NCBI GenBank assembly: GCA_963776345.1
Contig: CAVZMH010000022.1
Coordinates: 128,001-192,000, forward strand
Source: an uncultured delta proteobacterium
GTDB taxonomy: Bacteria > Myxococcota > Myxococcia > Myxococcales > Myxococcaceae
DNA length: 64,000 nt
Reading direction: 5' to 3'
Position 1 is the first letter of the stretch. Every line of letters starts with the position of its first letter. The notes below the pieces were generated by a model, which worked only from the letters and a program-made list of their open reading frames with translations, searched no databases and had not been told where the DNA came from. Made by a program: the position numbers and the translations under genes. This document shows positions 22,066 to 32,089 of the stretch, in pieces.

Positions 22066-23019
22066 TCAGTTTGCCGCGGCGTCCTTGCGGCGGCGCTTGT
22101 CCAGGTACATCCGGCTGTCCGCCTCGGAGAGGAGCTCCTCCAGGGGCTCGGGCGCGTCCGGATCGAACGCCGCCACCCCGGTGCTGAACCCGAGCTGGAA
22201 CTCCCGGCCCGGGCGGCCGTTCAGGGCGTCGAGGCGATTCGCGAGGCGGGCGAGGAGGTCCGGTTCCCGGACGACCGAGGAGTCCGTCACCAGCACCACG
22301 AACTCGTCGCCGCCGAGCCGCGCCACCACGTCCCGCTCGCGGAAGGTGGACTTGAGCACCGTCCCGAGGTCGACCAGCGCCCGGTCACCCGTGGCGTGGC
22401 CGTGCCGGTCGTTGATGTCCTTCAGGTCGTCCAGGTCGACGAAGATGAGGAGCATCGGCCGGCGGGCCAGGGACGCGGCGTCGAGCTGCACCCGGGCGTA
22501 GCGAAGAAAGCCGCGGCGGTTGTACAGGCCGGTGAGCTCGTCCAGGTACGAGAGGTTCGACTCGTGCGGCTCGCCGTTGCCTTCTCCGGAGCGGAGGCGG
22601 GCGCGGTCGGTCACGTCCCGCCAGAGCCAGAGCTGCTCGGCCCGCCGCTCGTCCACCACCACCGGGAGCACGTCGCACTCGAGCATCCGCCCGTCGCTCA
22701 TGCTCCAGGATTCGCCGGCGACCGGCCCGTCCTGCCGGTGCAGCTCGGCCGTGCGTCCGAGGAAGTGCGCGGTGTCGGCGAAGGCCTCGCCCAGCCGGTC
22801 GCACAGGTCCCCGAGCGCCATCCCGGTCAGCGTGCCGGCCGGCGACTGGAGCGCGAAGAGGCGGCAGAAGGCAGGGTTCGCGGCGACGATCCGTCCCTGC
22901 GGCCCCACCACCAGGACGCCGTCTCCGGTGGCCTCGAGCAGCGTCCGCCAGAGGGCGATCGAGTGCGTCGCCGGAGCGTCCGGCAGGGCTGGATCGCTGG
23001 TGAAGGCGGACGTCTCCAC
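22066..23019 (-). CDS. PAS-GGDEF diguanylate cyclase
   Basis: PAS domain, DELTGLYNRR, I-site RERD five residues before an intact GGDEF; start uncertain. Confidence 0.9.
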   Translation of the reverse strand: METSAFTSDPALPDAPATHSIALWRTLLEATGDGVLVVGPQGRIVAANPAFCRLFALQSPAGTLTGMALGDLCDRLGEAFADTAHFLGRTAELHRQDGPVAGESWSMSDGRMLECDVLPVVVDERRAEQLWLWRDVTDRARLRSGEGNGEPHESNLSYLDELTGLYNRRGFLRYARVQLDAASLARRPMLLIFVDLDDLKDINDRHGHATGDRALVDLGTVLKSTFRERDVVARLGGDEFVVLVTDSSVVREPDLLARLANRLDALNGRPGREFQLGFSTGVAAFDPDAPEPLEELLSEADSRMYLDKRRRKDAAAN

Positions 23020-23149
23020 GGGGGAACCGGGACGGATGCTACGGCGGGGCGCTGACTGGATCCCACCCCCTCGTGCATGTCCCCGCGCCGGTCGTCTAAC
23101 CCCCCGCACCAGCGACCGGTCGCCGGGGGGTGCCCGCGCCCGCCCGCGC

Positions 23150-26041
23150 TCAGGCAGCTGCCCGAGGCCTCACCAGGGCGGCGACCACCGCCACCAGAAC
23201 TTCCGGTTCCACTGGTTTCGTCAAGTAGTCCTGAAATCCTGCTTCCAGCGCCCGGCGGCGGTCGTCCGGCCGGGCGAAGGCGCTGACCGCCACCGCCGGC
23301 ATCTCGCTGACCGGGCCGGCGCCCATGCGGCGGATCTCCCGGATCAGCGCGCAGCCGTCCATCCGCGGCATCGCCACGTCGGAGACCAGGAGATCGGCCC
23401 GGCTGGAGCCGAGCCAGTGGAGCGCCTGCTCGGCGTCGGCGAGCGTCACCACCTCCGCCCCGTGGGCTTCGAGCGCGGAGGACAGCATCTCCCGCGTGTC
23501 CGCCTCGTCGTCCACCACCAGGAGTCGCAGGCCCGAGAGATCCACCCGCTGCTGCCCGGCGGAGGCCTCGTGCAGCGGCCGCTCCAGCGGGACCGGGAGC
23601 GCCAGCGGCAGCCGCACGGTGAAGGTCGCGCCCTGGCCCTCGCCGGAGCTGCGCGCCGAGACCATCCCGCCGTGGAGCTCGACCAGGTGGCGCACGATGG
23701 CCAGCCCGAGCCCCAGTCCCCCGTGCGCCCGGGTGGAGCTGGCGTCAGCCTGGCGGAAGCGCTCGAAGACGTGGGGGAGGAAGTCGGGACGGATTCCCTG
23801 CCCGGTGTCGCTCACCGTGAGGATCGCCGCGCGGTCACCGGCGGCGAGCGAGACCGAGACCCGGCCTCCGCGCGGGGTGAACTTGATGGCGTTGGAGAGG
23901 AGGTTCCAGAGAATCTGATGGAGCCGCTCGGGGTCGCCGCTCAGGGGGCACGGCACGACCGAGGCCTGGAGCTGCACCCCTCGGCTGTCCGCGCCCGGAC
24001 GGAGCGAGTCCACCGCCGCCTCGACGATGCGCGCGAGGTCCGCCGTCTCCACGTTGAGCCGCGTCTTGCCGGACACGATGCGGCTCACGTCCAGGAGGTC
24101 CTCCACCAGCCGGGTCTGCGCCTTGGCATTGCGCTCCAGCGTCTCCAGCGCCCGGGTCTGCTTCTCGGAGGTGAGCCCGCCCCGGCGGAGCAGGCGCGTC
24201 CAGCCGAGGATGGACGCCAGGGGCGTGCGGAGCTCGTGGCTCACCGTGGCCAGGAACTCGTCCTTGGCGCGGCTGGCCTCCTCCGCGCGGTGGTAGAGCT
24301 CGGCGTTGTCCATCGCCAGCGCCGCGCGCCGGGCCAGCTCCTCCACCAGCCCCAGGTCGAGCCGCTCGAAGCGGCGCCCGCTGCGGACGGTCAGGAAGCT
24401 GATGACCCCCAGTGTCCTGCCGCGAGCGGACAGCGGCGCGCAGACCAGCGAGGTCGGGCTCAACCGCTCGAACAGCCGGAGGCGCTCGGCGTCCTCGGCG
24501 ATCTCCAGCTTCACTGCCGCGGGGAGCCGCTCCCGCAGCACCGAGCGCCGCGTCCGGAGCGCCTCCATGACCGGCGAGTCCGCATCGGTGCGCGGGGCCA
24601 TCCGTTTGAAGGTGGCGAGCGCCTCCTCCTCGATGCACCCCGCCACCTCCACCCGCCGCAGCACGCCCGACTCGTCCGCCAGGTCGATGATGCACACGTC
24701 GGCGAACGTCGGGATGGCCATCTCTCCCACCGCCCGCAGCGTGGCCTTGTAGTCCAGCGTGCCGGAGAGCTCCGCTGCACCGCCGGAGAGGATGCGCAGC
24801 GCCTCCTCCTCGCGGTGGCGGGTGGTGACGTCGACGGTCGTGCCCACCCACTCGCGGATCTTCCCGTCGGCGCGCAGGAGCGGGATGCCGCGGCTCGCCA
24901 CGGTGGCCCAGCCTCCCGACGCCTTGCGGACCCGGTACTCGGCCTCGAATCGCCGCCGCTGGGTCACCGCGTCGACCCACAGCTGCGAGGTCCGTTCCAG
25001 GTCGTCCGGGTGGACCGAGTCGATCCAGCCGAGCCCCAGCGTCTCCTCGGGCTTCTGCCCGGTCAGCGCGCACCAGGCCGGGACGGCGTGGCGCAGGTGC
25101 CCGTTCCAGTCCGCCACCCAGACCATGTCGGCGTTGGTCTCGACGATGGACCGGAATCGCTCCTCGCCCACCGCCAGCCGCCGGCGCTCGCCCTCGAGCT
25201 CGTCGGCCAGCGCCATCTTCTCGTGGGCCAGCGCGTCGCTCCGGGCGCGCGCCGAGACCTGCTCGGTCACGTCGGTGGCGAAGGACAGCACGCCGTCCAC
25301 CGCGCCGTCTGCCCCGGTCACCGGGAGGAATGCCAGGTCGAACCAGCGCCGCTCGGAGCCGCCCGCCGCCGTCACCACCAGGGGATGCTCCTGGTCGCGG
25401 TACGGCGCACCGGTCCGGAACACCTCGCGCATCGCCAGGAGCAGCGGATCGCCCTTCCACTCCGGGAGCGCCTCGGCCAGCGGCCGGCCGAGGAACTCCC
25501 GGCCCGGGTGGCGCGCGCGGTAACGGTCGTTGACGAACTCGTAGACCAGCTCGGCGCCGCGCAGGTACGCCATCTCCGCCGGGACCTGGGCGAGCAGCGA
25601 CTCGAGCGCCGCGCGGCGGAGCTCGGTGCGGTCGCGCTCCGCCTCCGTCTCCCGCAGGGCCGCGCGGGTCTGGGTCTCCTGCGTCACGTCGCGGAAGTGC
25701 ACCAGGAGCGCGGGGCCGGCGCGGCTGGCGTGGATGCGGAACCAGCCCGACACCCGCCCGTCGTCGTAGTGGATGCGGAGGTCCGTCGGCTCGCCGGTCT
25801 CCGCCGTCCGCGCGTAGCTGGCGAGCAGTCCCGAGCGCTCGGCGTCGGGGGCAGAGGCGAGCAGGCTCTGTCCGAGCTTCTCCTCGAGGGTCGAGCTCAC
25901 CGCCCGCAGCGCGACCGGGTTGGCGTAGAGGTAGCGGAAGTCCACCACCCGCCCTTCCTCTCGCACCGGGGCGAAGACGAAGACGGGCTCGGGACTCTCG
26001 TCATAGAGGGTCGCCAGAACCTCGGGAGTGAGCTCGGCCAT
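23150..26041 (-). CDS. Hybrid sensor histidine kinase (3xPAS-GAF-HisKA-HATPase-REC)
   Basis: SHELRTPL H-box, NLLSNAIKFT, DTGQG, GLGLGL, receiver LVVDD...SDVAMP...KP. Confidence 0.94.
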   Translation of the reverse strand: MAELTPEVLATLYDESPEPVFVFAPVREEGRVVDFRYLYANPVALRAVSSTLEEKLGQSLLASAPDAERSGLLASYARTAETGEPTDLRIHYDDGRVSGWFRIHASRAGPALLVHFRDVTQETQTRAALRETEAERDRTELRRAALESLLAQVPAEMAYLRGAELVYEFVNDRYRARHPGREFLGRPLAEALPEWKGDPLLLAMREVFRTGAPYRDQEHPLVVTAAGGSERRWFDLAFLPVTGADGAVDGVLSFATDVTEQVSARARSDALAHEKMALADELEGERRRLAVGEERFRSIVETNADMVWVADWNGHLRHAVPAWCALTGQKPEETLGLGWIDSVHPDDLERTSQLWVDAVTQRRRFEAEYRVRKASGGWATVASRGIPLLRADGKIREWVGTTVDVTTRHREEEALRILSGGAAELSGTLDYKATLRAVGEMAIPTFADVCIIDLADESGVLRRVEVAGCIEEEALATFKRMAPRTDADSPVMEALRTRRSVLRERLPAAVKLEIAEDAERLRLFERLSPTSLVCAPLSARGRTLGVISFLTVRSGRRFERLDLGLVEELARRAALAMDNAELYHRAEEASRAKDEFLATVSHELRTPLASILGWTRLLRRGGLTSEKQTRALETLERNAKAQTRLVEDLLDVSRIVSGKTRLNVETADLARIVEAAVDSLRPGADSRGVQLQASVVPCPLSGDPERLHQILWNLLSNAIKFTPRGGRVSVSLAAGDRAAILTVSDTGQGIRPDFLPHVFERFRQADASSTRAHGGLGLGLAIVRHLVELHGGMVSARSSGEGQGATFTVRLPLALPVPLERPLHEASAGQQRVDLSGLRLLVVDDEADTREMLSSALEAHGAEVVTLADAEQALHWLGSSRADLLVSDVAMPRMDGCALIREIRRMGAGPVSEMPAVAVSAFARPDDRRRALEAGFQDYLTKPVEPEVLVAVVAALVRPRAAA

Positions 26042-26061
26042 CGGGTGCGACGGACCGAAAG

Positions 26062-26961
26062 TTAACCCCACACCGTCCGAGCGGCGCGATAGGTGCCGAT
26101 GTGTGCACGGACCGTGGCCTCCAGCGGCCGGGCGTACCCGCCCCCCAGTGTGACCACCACCGGCACGCCCGAGCGCCGCGCCGCCTCGAGCACGAAGGTG
26201 TCGCGCGCCTCGAGGCCCTGGTGGGTGAGCGCGAGCCGCCCGAGCGCGTCCTCGGCCAGCGGGTCGACGCCAGCCTGGTAGTAGAGCAGGTCGGGGCGGG
26301 CCGCCTCGAGCGCGCGGGGCAGGTGGCGCGCGAGCACGTCGAGGTACACCTCGTCACCGGCGCCGTCCGGCAGCCCGAGGTCGAGGCTCGAGCGCTGCTT
26401 GCGGAAGGGGAAGTTGCGCTCGCCGTGCATGCTGAAGGTGAACACCTCCGGATCGCCCTCGAACACCGCGGCGGTCCCGTTGCCCTGGTGGACGTCGAGG
26501 TCGACCACCAGCGCGCGGCGGATGCTCCCCGCGACCTGCAGCGCACGGATGCTCACCGCGATGTCGTTGAACACGCAGTAGCCCTCGCCGTGGTCGGGGA
26601 AGGCGTGGTGCGTGCCGCCGGCGAGGTTGCCGCCGATGCCCTCGGCCAGCGCGCGCACCGCGGCCGCGCAGGTGCCGCCCACCGCGGCCAGCGAGCGCAC
26701 CACGAGCTCCGGGCTCCACGGGAACCCGAGCCGCCGCCCTTCCGCCTCGGTCAGCCGGTTCTCGAGGACCGCGGCCACCCAGCGCGGGGTGTGCACGCGC
26801 AGGAGCGCCTCGACCTCCACCGGCTCGGACGGGACCAGCTCATCGGCCCGGAGCACGCCCGACGCGAGCAGCGCCTCCCGGAGCAGCCGGTACTTGCCCA
26901 TGGGAAAGCGGTGGCCGGGTGGAAGCGGGACGAGGTGGTGGTCCGAGTGGAAGACGCGCAC
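26062..26961 (-). CDS. Histone deacetylase family protein
   Basis: HRFPMGKY, GGTHHA, GYCVFND, DLDVHQGNGT, AGVDP, LGGGY. Confidence 0.93.
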   Translation of the reverse strand: MRVFHSDHHLVPLPPGHRFPMGKYRLLREALLASGVLRADELVPSEPVEVEALLRVHTPRWVAAVLENRLTEAEGRRLGFPWSPELVVRSLAAVGGTCAAAVRALAEGIGGNLAGGTHHAFPDHGEGYCVFNDIAVSIRALQVAGSIRRALVVDLDVHQGNGTAAVFEGDPEVFTFSMHGERNFPFRKQRSSLDLGLPDGAGDEVYLDVLARHLPRALEAARPDLLYYQAGVDPLAEDALGRLALTHQGLEARDTFVLEAARRSGVPVVVTLGGGYARPLEATVRAHIGTYRAARTVWG

Positions 26962-27021
26962 GGCCTGGTGCCCTGCACTCTGCCCCGGCCGTGGCGGTTT
27001 GTGCTAAGGCCCCCCGCCCGT

Positions 27022-27453
27022 ATGCCCCTTCTCCCTCGACCCCTGGTCGCCGCCGGAGCGCTCGCGCTCGGCGCCTTCGGCTGCTCCCACGAGCATGGGC
27101 CCCTGTCCGACAAGCCGGACACCACCAGCCTCGGCAACGCGGGCCGCTTCGGGGCCATTCTGGTCAGCACCTCCACCGGACTCGCCCTTCGCCCCTCGGA
27201 TCCGGCCGCCCCCGTCCCGGGGACGGTGCAGGGCGAGACCTCGCCGCTCACCACGCAGGCCAGGCCGGTGATGACCCTGCTCGGCACCCGCGCGGACTGG
27301 AGCGACGGGCAGACCTACGCCCCGGAGACGGGCTGGGCCATGAACGACTGGACCTCCGGGCCGAACCTCCCCGTCGAGCCCTGGAACATGGCCCTCGAGG
27401 CGCCCGCGGGCGAGGGCCACGGCGCCCCGAAGGGCCACCACCCGAACCCCTAG
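27022..27453 (+). CDS. Hypothetical lipoprotein
   Basis: Lipobox AFGC; GC3-rich codons; fills the gap between divergent genes. Confidence 0.6.
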   Translation: MPLLPRPLVAAGALALGAFGCSHEHGPLSDKPDTTSLGNAGRFGAILVSTSTGLALRPSDPAAPVPGTVQGETSPLTTQARPVMTLLGTRADWSDGQTYAPETGWAMNDWTSGPNLPVEPWNMALEAPAGEGHGAPKGHHPNP

Positions 27454-27522
27454 CCAGCCTCGTGAGCGGACCCCGACGTGCTAGGAAGATCGGCCACTTC
27501 GGGGGGGCGAGGAGGCAGGCCA

Positions 27523-28341
27523 GTGTCGTTCCGCGCAGCCCAGGTGCTGTCGATGCTGCTGGTGGGCGTGGCCCTCGGTGCGGAGACCCCGCAGGTCCAG
27601 GGTGCAGACGCGGGCGCGGCGGTGCCGGCGCACGAACACCACCCGGTGGATCCGCGCCCGCCCGCGCCGAAGGGCAAGCCGGTGGAGCTCTCGTTGCCCG
27701 GCGGCAAGACCAGCACCGCGTACGTTGCGCGGCCCAAGGGCGCGGCCCGCGGCGGGCTTCTCGTGCTCCACGAGTGGTGGGGGCTGAACGACTGGGTGAA
27801 GGCGGAGGCCGACCGGTACGCCACGCAGGGCTATCTGGTCCTGGCGGTGGACCTCTTCGGAGGCTCGGTGGCCACCACCGCGGAGCAGGCGCAGAAGCTG
27901 ATGTCCGAGCTGGACGAGAAGCACGCCACCGAGGTGGAGGTCGCCGGCCTCGACTGGCTCGCCCAGGCGGCGCCGAGGAAGAAGATCGCCACGCTCGGGT
28001 GGTGCATGGGCGGCGGCCAGAGCCTGAACGCCTCGCTGGCCGGCCCGGGGAAGGTGGCAGGCACGGTCATCTTCTACGGCCTCCCGGTGACCGACGTGAA
28101 TCTCCTCAAGAAGCTGCACGGCCCCGTGCTCGGCATCTGGGCGAAGCGGGACGGGTGGATCACCCCGGAGAAGGTCGCGGCGTTCGACCTGGCGCTGAAG
28201 GACGCGGGCATCAAGCACGAGTTCCGCAGCTACGACGCCGACCACGCCTTCGCCAACCCGAGCGGCGGCCGCTACAACCCCCCTGCGGCGCAGGACGCGA
28301 ACCAGGCGGCCCGCCGCTTCCTCAAGTCCGTGCTGCACTGA
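27523..28341 (+). CDS. Dienelactone hydrolase family protein, exported
   Basis: HEWWGLN, GWCMGG, DADHAFANPS; RBS GGAGG before GTG 27523. Confidence 0.9.
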   Translation: MSFRAAQVLSMLLVGVALGAETPQVQGADAGAAVPAHEHHPVDPRPPAPKGKPVELSLPGGKTSTAYVARPKGAARGGLLVLHEWWGLNDWVKAEADRYATQGYLVLAVDLFGGSVATTAEQAQKLMSELDEKHATEVEVAGLDWLAQAAPRKKIATLGWCMGGGQSLNASLAGPGKVAGTVIFYGLPVTDVNLLKKLHGPVLGIWAKRDGWITPEKVAAFDLALKDAGIKHEFRSYDADHAFANPSGGRYNPPAAQDANQAARRFLKSVLH

Positions 28342-28366
28342 GGAGCGCGTTCGCCCCCGGGGGGCC

Positions 28367-28951
28367 TCAGGAGCCGGTGACGCCCTGTCCCTCGAGCGAG
28401 CGGCGGAGGACCGGCATCGCCCGGGCCACCCGCATCTGCAGCGTGCCCGGCCGAGCGCCGCACCGCTCGGCCATCTCCTCGTAGGAGAGCATCTCCCCGT
28501 ACCGCAGCTCCACCGCCCGGCGCGCCTCCGCCGAGAGCACGTCGAGCGCGTGTCGGAGCCGCTGCACCAGCGACGACCGATGGACCTCGTCCTCGGCGCT
28601 GGGGCGGGCATCGTCCACCTCGGGAAGCGTCGCCTGGAGCACCTGCCAGCGCCGGCGGCGGCGGTGAATCTTCAGCGCGTCGAGGCAGCGGTTCCGGGCG
28701 ATGGCCATCAGCCACGCGGCGATCGACTCGCGCTCCAGCACCCGGTGGAGCGACTGGTAGGCCTGCACGAAGCAGGTCTGGTGCACGTCCTCGGCCAGCG
28801 TGCGGTCCGGGACGTACCGGGCGCAGACCGCGAAGAGCTGCGTCCCGTAGGCGTCCATCAGCATCCTCAGTGCGGTGTCCTGATCGCCGCTACGCACCGC
28901 CCGGCGGATCCGGGCATCCGCCGCGCTCCGTTCCTCGAGTCCAAGCCCCAT
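28367..28951 (-). CDS. ECF RNA polymerase sigma factor (no adjacent anti-sigma)
   Basis: AEDVHQTCFVQAY, WLMAIARNRCLD, LSYEEMA..GTLQMRVARA. Confidence 0.88.
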   Translation of the reverse strand: MGLGLEERSAADARIRRAVRSGDQDTALRMLMDAYGTQLFAVCARYVPDRTLAEDVHQTCFVQAYQSLHRVLERESIAAWLMAIARNRCLDALKIHRRRRRWQVLQATLPEVDDARPSAEDEVHRSSLVQRLRHALDVLSAEARRAVELRYGEMLSYEEMAERCGARPGTLQMRVARAMPVLRRSLEGQGVTGS

Positions 28952-29044
28952 CGGTTCCGCTCGCCCCCAGACGCCGGAGGCCGCGCATCGGCCAACGGTG
29001 AAGGGGAGTCGGACGGGGCCCGGGAATCTTCCCCGGGGGGGTGC

Positions 29045-29290
29045 TCAGTCGGGCTTCGGGGGGTGGGCACCCCGGTCGAGGCGCTCGAGGTAGCGCCCCT
29101 GCCCGTGGTACCCGGCGCGGGTCAGCCGCTGGGCCTCGACCATGTCCGCCAGCCGGGTGCAGAGCGTCCCCAGCGTGCGGAAGGTCTCGGCAAGCAGGCG
29201 CTCGGCCTGGTCCGGGTGTGTGAGCGGGGCCAGCAGTCGCTCGCGCACCCGCAAGAGGCTTGGAAACTTCACGGCTGCCACCTTAATCAC
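29045..29290 (-). CDS. Small hypothetical protein
   Basis: 81-aa ORF with coding-like codon usage filling the gap; start could be GTG 29272. Confidence 0.5.
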   Translation of the reverse strand: MIKVAAVKFPSLLRVRERLLAPLTHPDQAERLLAETFRTLGTLCTRLADMVEAQRLTRAGYHGQGRYLERLDRGAHPPKPD

Positions 29291-29323
29291 ATCCGCGTCC
29301 TATCCGCGAAAGGGGAGCGAACA

Positions 29324-30226
29324 ATGGCCAGTGGGCAACGCGTGGGGTTTCTGGGCCTCGGGCTGATGGGCCGGGGCATGGCGAAGAACCTCGCGGCCAA
29401 GGGCTTCCAGGTGACGGTCTGGAACCGCACCCGCGCCCGGGCCACGGCGCTCGAGCCGCTGGGGGTGAAGGTGGCCGACACGCCGGCCCAGCTGATGGCC
29501 GGGGTGGACGTTGCCTGCACCTGCGTGGCGACGCCCGCCGCGCTGGAGGAGGTGGTGGCGGGCAAGGACGGCCTGCTCTCCTCGGCCCGGCACGGGCAGC
29601 TGCTCATCGACTTCAGCACCATCGGGCCCGACCAGGCGCGCAGCCTCGAGCAACGCGCGGGCGCGCTGGGCGTGGACCTCGTCGAGGCGCCGGTCACCGG
29701 GAGCAAGAACGGCGCGGAGAAGGGGACGCTGCTGATCATGGCCGGAGCGACCGCCGCGGCCCTCTCGCGGGCCGAGCCCGTGTTCCGCGCGGTGGGCGAG
29801 AAGTGGATCCACTGTGGGCCGGTGGGCGCCGGGAGCCAGGTGAAGCTCGCCGGGAATGCGCTCATCGCCGCGATGCTCCAGAGCCTCGGCGAGGGGATGC
29901 TGCTCGCCACCCGCGCCGGCGTGGATCCGGCGAAGGTGCTCGAGGTGGTGCAGGCCTCCGGCTTCCGCTCGCCCTACTTCGAGTTCAAGGGGCAGGCGCT
30001 CCTCCGCCGCGACTTCGAGACCCACTTCGCCATCGACCTGATGCACAAGGACCTGGGCCTCTTCCTCGACAGCGCCGCTGCGCACCGGGTCCCCACGCCC
30101 ACCGCCGCCGCGGTTCGCCAGTGCTACGAGCTGGCGCGCGCGGCGGGGAAGGGTGAGCAGGACATCGGCGCGGTCATCACCACCTTCGAGCAGCTCCTGG
30201 GCGTGGAGATCCGCCCCAAGTCCTGA
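29324..30226 (+). CDS. NAD(P)-dependent beta-hydroxyacid dehydrogenase (3-hydroxyisobutyrate/tartronate semialdehyde reductase family)
   Basis: GFLGLGLMG, WNRT, DFSTI, EAPVTGS, KLAGN, FAIDLMHKDL. Confidence 0.9.
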   Translation: MASGQRVGFLGLGLMGRGMAKNLAAKGFQVTVWNRTRARATALEPLGVKVADTPAQLMAGVDVACTCVATPAALEEVVAGKDGLLSSARHGQLLIDFSTIGPDQARSLEQRAGALGVDLVEAPVTGSKNGAEKGTLLIMAGATAAALSRAEPVFRAVGEKWIHCGPVGAGSQVKLAGNALIAAMLQSLGEGMLLATRAGVDPAKVLEVVQASGFRSPYFEFKGQALLRRDFETHFAIDLMHKDLGLFLDSAAAHRVPTPTAAAVRQCYELARAAGKGEQDIGAVITTFEQLLGVEIRPKS

Positions 30227-30439
30227 TGCGTCACCGCCCGCTGCGCGGATGCACCGGTTCACACCGGGCTTCGTTGACAGCTTGACCCCGGGCCCCGCGG
30301 AGCAGGGTGTCTGGCCCACCCCGGGAGGCCCTCTAGCTCAAGTTATTCCAGGTACTTGTGGCAACTTTACGCGGTGGGCTTGCTGGGGGTCAGCGACGCT
30401 GCTTACAGTTCGCCGTCCAGTCGCGGTCCGGAGGTGCCC

Positions 30440-30685
30440 TTGGCCGACATCGGGGAGCTGGTGAAGCTGGGCGATGGCCGCTGGGCGCGCTACCAGCAGT
30501 GCGCCGTGAGCGGCACCGGCGGGCTGTCGATCCTCGTCGCGGTCGAGCTCGACGAGGGGACCCAGCGGCTCCTCGACGCGGCCGAGCGCAGTCGCGCGCC
30601 CGAGCCGGCCGAGCCGCGCCAGGCGCCCCGCCTCGAGCTCGCCGACGTGGGCACGCCGAGCGAGGTCGTGGCGTCGGTCCACTGA
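30440..30685 (+). CDS. Small hypothetical protein
   Basis: GGAGG then TTG start; LADIGELVKLGDGRWARYQQC...; GC3-rich codons. Confidence 0.55.
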   Translation: MADIGELVKLGDGRWARYQQCAVSGTGGLSILVAVELDEGTQRLLDAAERSRAPEPAEPRQAPRLELADVGTPSEVVASVH

Positions 30686-30706
30686 CCGGCGTCCCTGGCG
30701 CCGCTC

Positions 30707-31471
30707 CTACTCCACCCCGAAGAACCGCTGCGCGTTCCGGAACGCCAGCCGGCCCACCAGCACCTTGCCGAGCCCGGCGCGCTCGAGCAGATGCACTGCG
30801 CGTGGCAGCCCGAGGAGGTCTCCCGGCCGGTCGCCGGCGTCGCTGCCCAGCGTCAGCCGCCGGCTCCCGAGGCGGCGCACCAGCTGCACCACGCGGTCGG
30901 CGGTGAGCTCACCCACCTGCACCGTCAGCCCGGCCCAGTGTCCCCGGGCGAGGATGAGGGGCACGGTGCGGGCGCTGGCGTGCTCCACGAGGACGCGCCC
31001 CGGCTCGGGCCCGTGCGTGCGCGCCAGGGCCAGGAGCCGCCGCGTCCACCGCTCCTTGTCCAGCGCCGGAGTGTGCAGGACGACCCGGAGCGAGAGCCGG
31101 CGCGCCAGCTCGAGCTGCTCGACCAGCGCCTCCTCCTCGTCCGGCCCGCCGCGGTGGAAGCCGATCTCGCCGAGCGCGACCACCCGGCCCCCGCGGAACA
31201 GGTCGGGCAGCGTCGCCAGGACGTCGTGCAGGCCGCGGCGGGGAATGGCCCGGGGGTGGATGCCCAGCGCCACGTAGCCGCGGATGCCGGCCCGCTCCAG
31301 CCTCGGAAGCTGGACCTCGAGCAGGTCGCGGAAGTGCGCGCGCAGCCCGCGCGAGGTGGGCTCGGGGAAGTGGTGCCCCAGCGCCACCGCCCGCTCGACG
31401 CCGAAGGCGCGGAGCGACTCGAGATCCAGGTCGGACAGCGTCTCGGGGTGTAGGTGGGCGTCGAAGAGCAC
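30707..31471 (-). CDS. TatD-family metal-dependent hydrolase
   Basis: FDAHLH, GIHP, GEIG, HTP, EHA, SDAG. Confidence 0.88.
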   Translation of the reverse strand: MLFDAHLHPETLSDLDLESLRAFGVERAVALGHHFPEPTSRGLRAHFRDLLEVQLPRLERAGIRGYVALGIHPRAIPRRGLHDVLATLPDLFRGGRVVALGEIGFHRGGPDEEEALVEQLELARRLSLRVVLHTPALDKERWTRRLLALARTHGPEPGRVLVEHASARTVPLILARGHWAGLTVQVGELTADRVVQLVRRLGSRRLTLGSDAGDRPGDLLGLPRAVHLLERAGLGKVLVGRLAFRNAQRFFGVE

Positions 31472-31567
31472 GTGCGCTGGCGAGACAGTGTGACCCGGCG
31501 ACGTCTATTCTGCCCGGGCGGCACGCCGGAGCGCACGGCTCCCGCGCCGGGGAGGAGGGTGCCGTCG

Positions 31568-32089
31568 ATGCGTGTCCTGCTGCTCCTGCTCGCCGTGCTC
31601 GTCCCCCTGTCCGCGACGGCCCAGAAGAAACGCTTCCTCGCGGCGCCGCCCAAGGGCCCGCCGTGCTCCAGCCCCGCGTACCACCAGTTCGACTTCTGGG
31701 TGGGCGACTGGGAGGTGCAGACGCCCAAGGGGACACCGGCCGGCGAGAACAAGGTGGAGAAGATCCTCGACGGCTGCGCCATCCGCGAGAGCTGGACGGC
31801 CGCCGACGGGAGCCACGGCAGCTCGCTCACCGGCTACGACGGGCCCGCCGGCCGGTGGACGCAGACCTTCGTGGACGACCTGGGCATGGTGCTGGTGCTG
31901 GAAGGCGAGCTCCGTGACGGCAAGATGGTGCTCAGCGGGCGCCGCTCGGGTTCGCGCGGGATGCTGAACCGCATCGTCTGGCAGAAGCTCGAGGGGGACC
32001 GCATCCGCCAGCGCTGGGAGCAGTCCACGGACGACGGGCGCAACTGGACCGTGCTCTTCGAGGGCATCTACACCCGGAAGAAGGGATGA
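31568..32089 (+). CDS. Secreted beta-barrel hypothetical protein (DUF1579-like)
   Basis: Signal peptide; QFDFWVGDWEV, GCAIRESW, WEQSTDDGRNW. Confidence 0.75.
   Translation: MRVLLLLLAVLVPLSATAQKKRFLAAPPKGPPCSSPAYHQFDFWVGDWEVQTPKGTPAGENKVEKILDGCAIRESWTAADGSHGSSLTGYDGPAGRWTQTFVDDLGMVLVLEGELRDGKMVLSGRRSGSRGMLNRIVWQKLEGDRIRQRWEQSTDDGRNWTVLFEGIYTRKKG

Noticed and set aside
30339..30358. dif site
   Set aside because: Lacks the XerD arm TTATGTTAAA and the 11-6-11 layout
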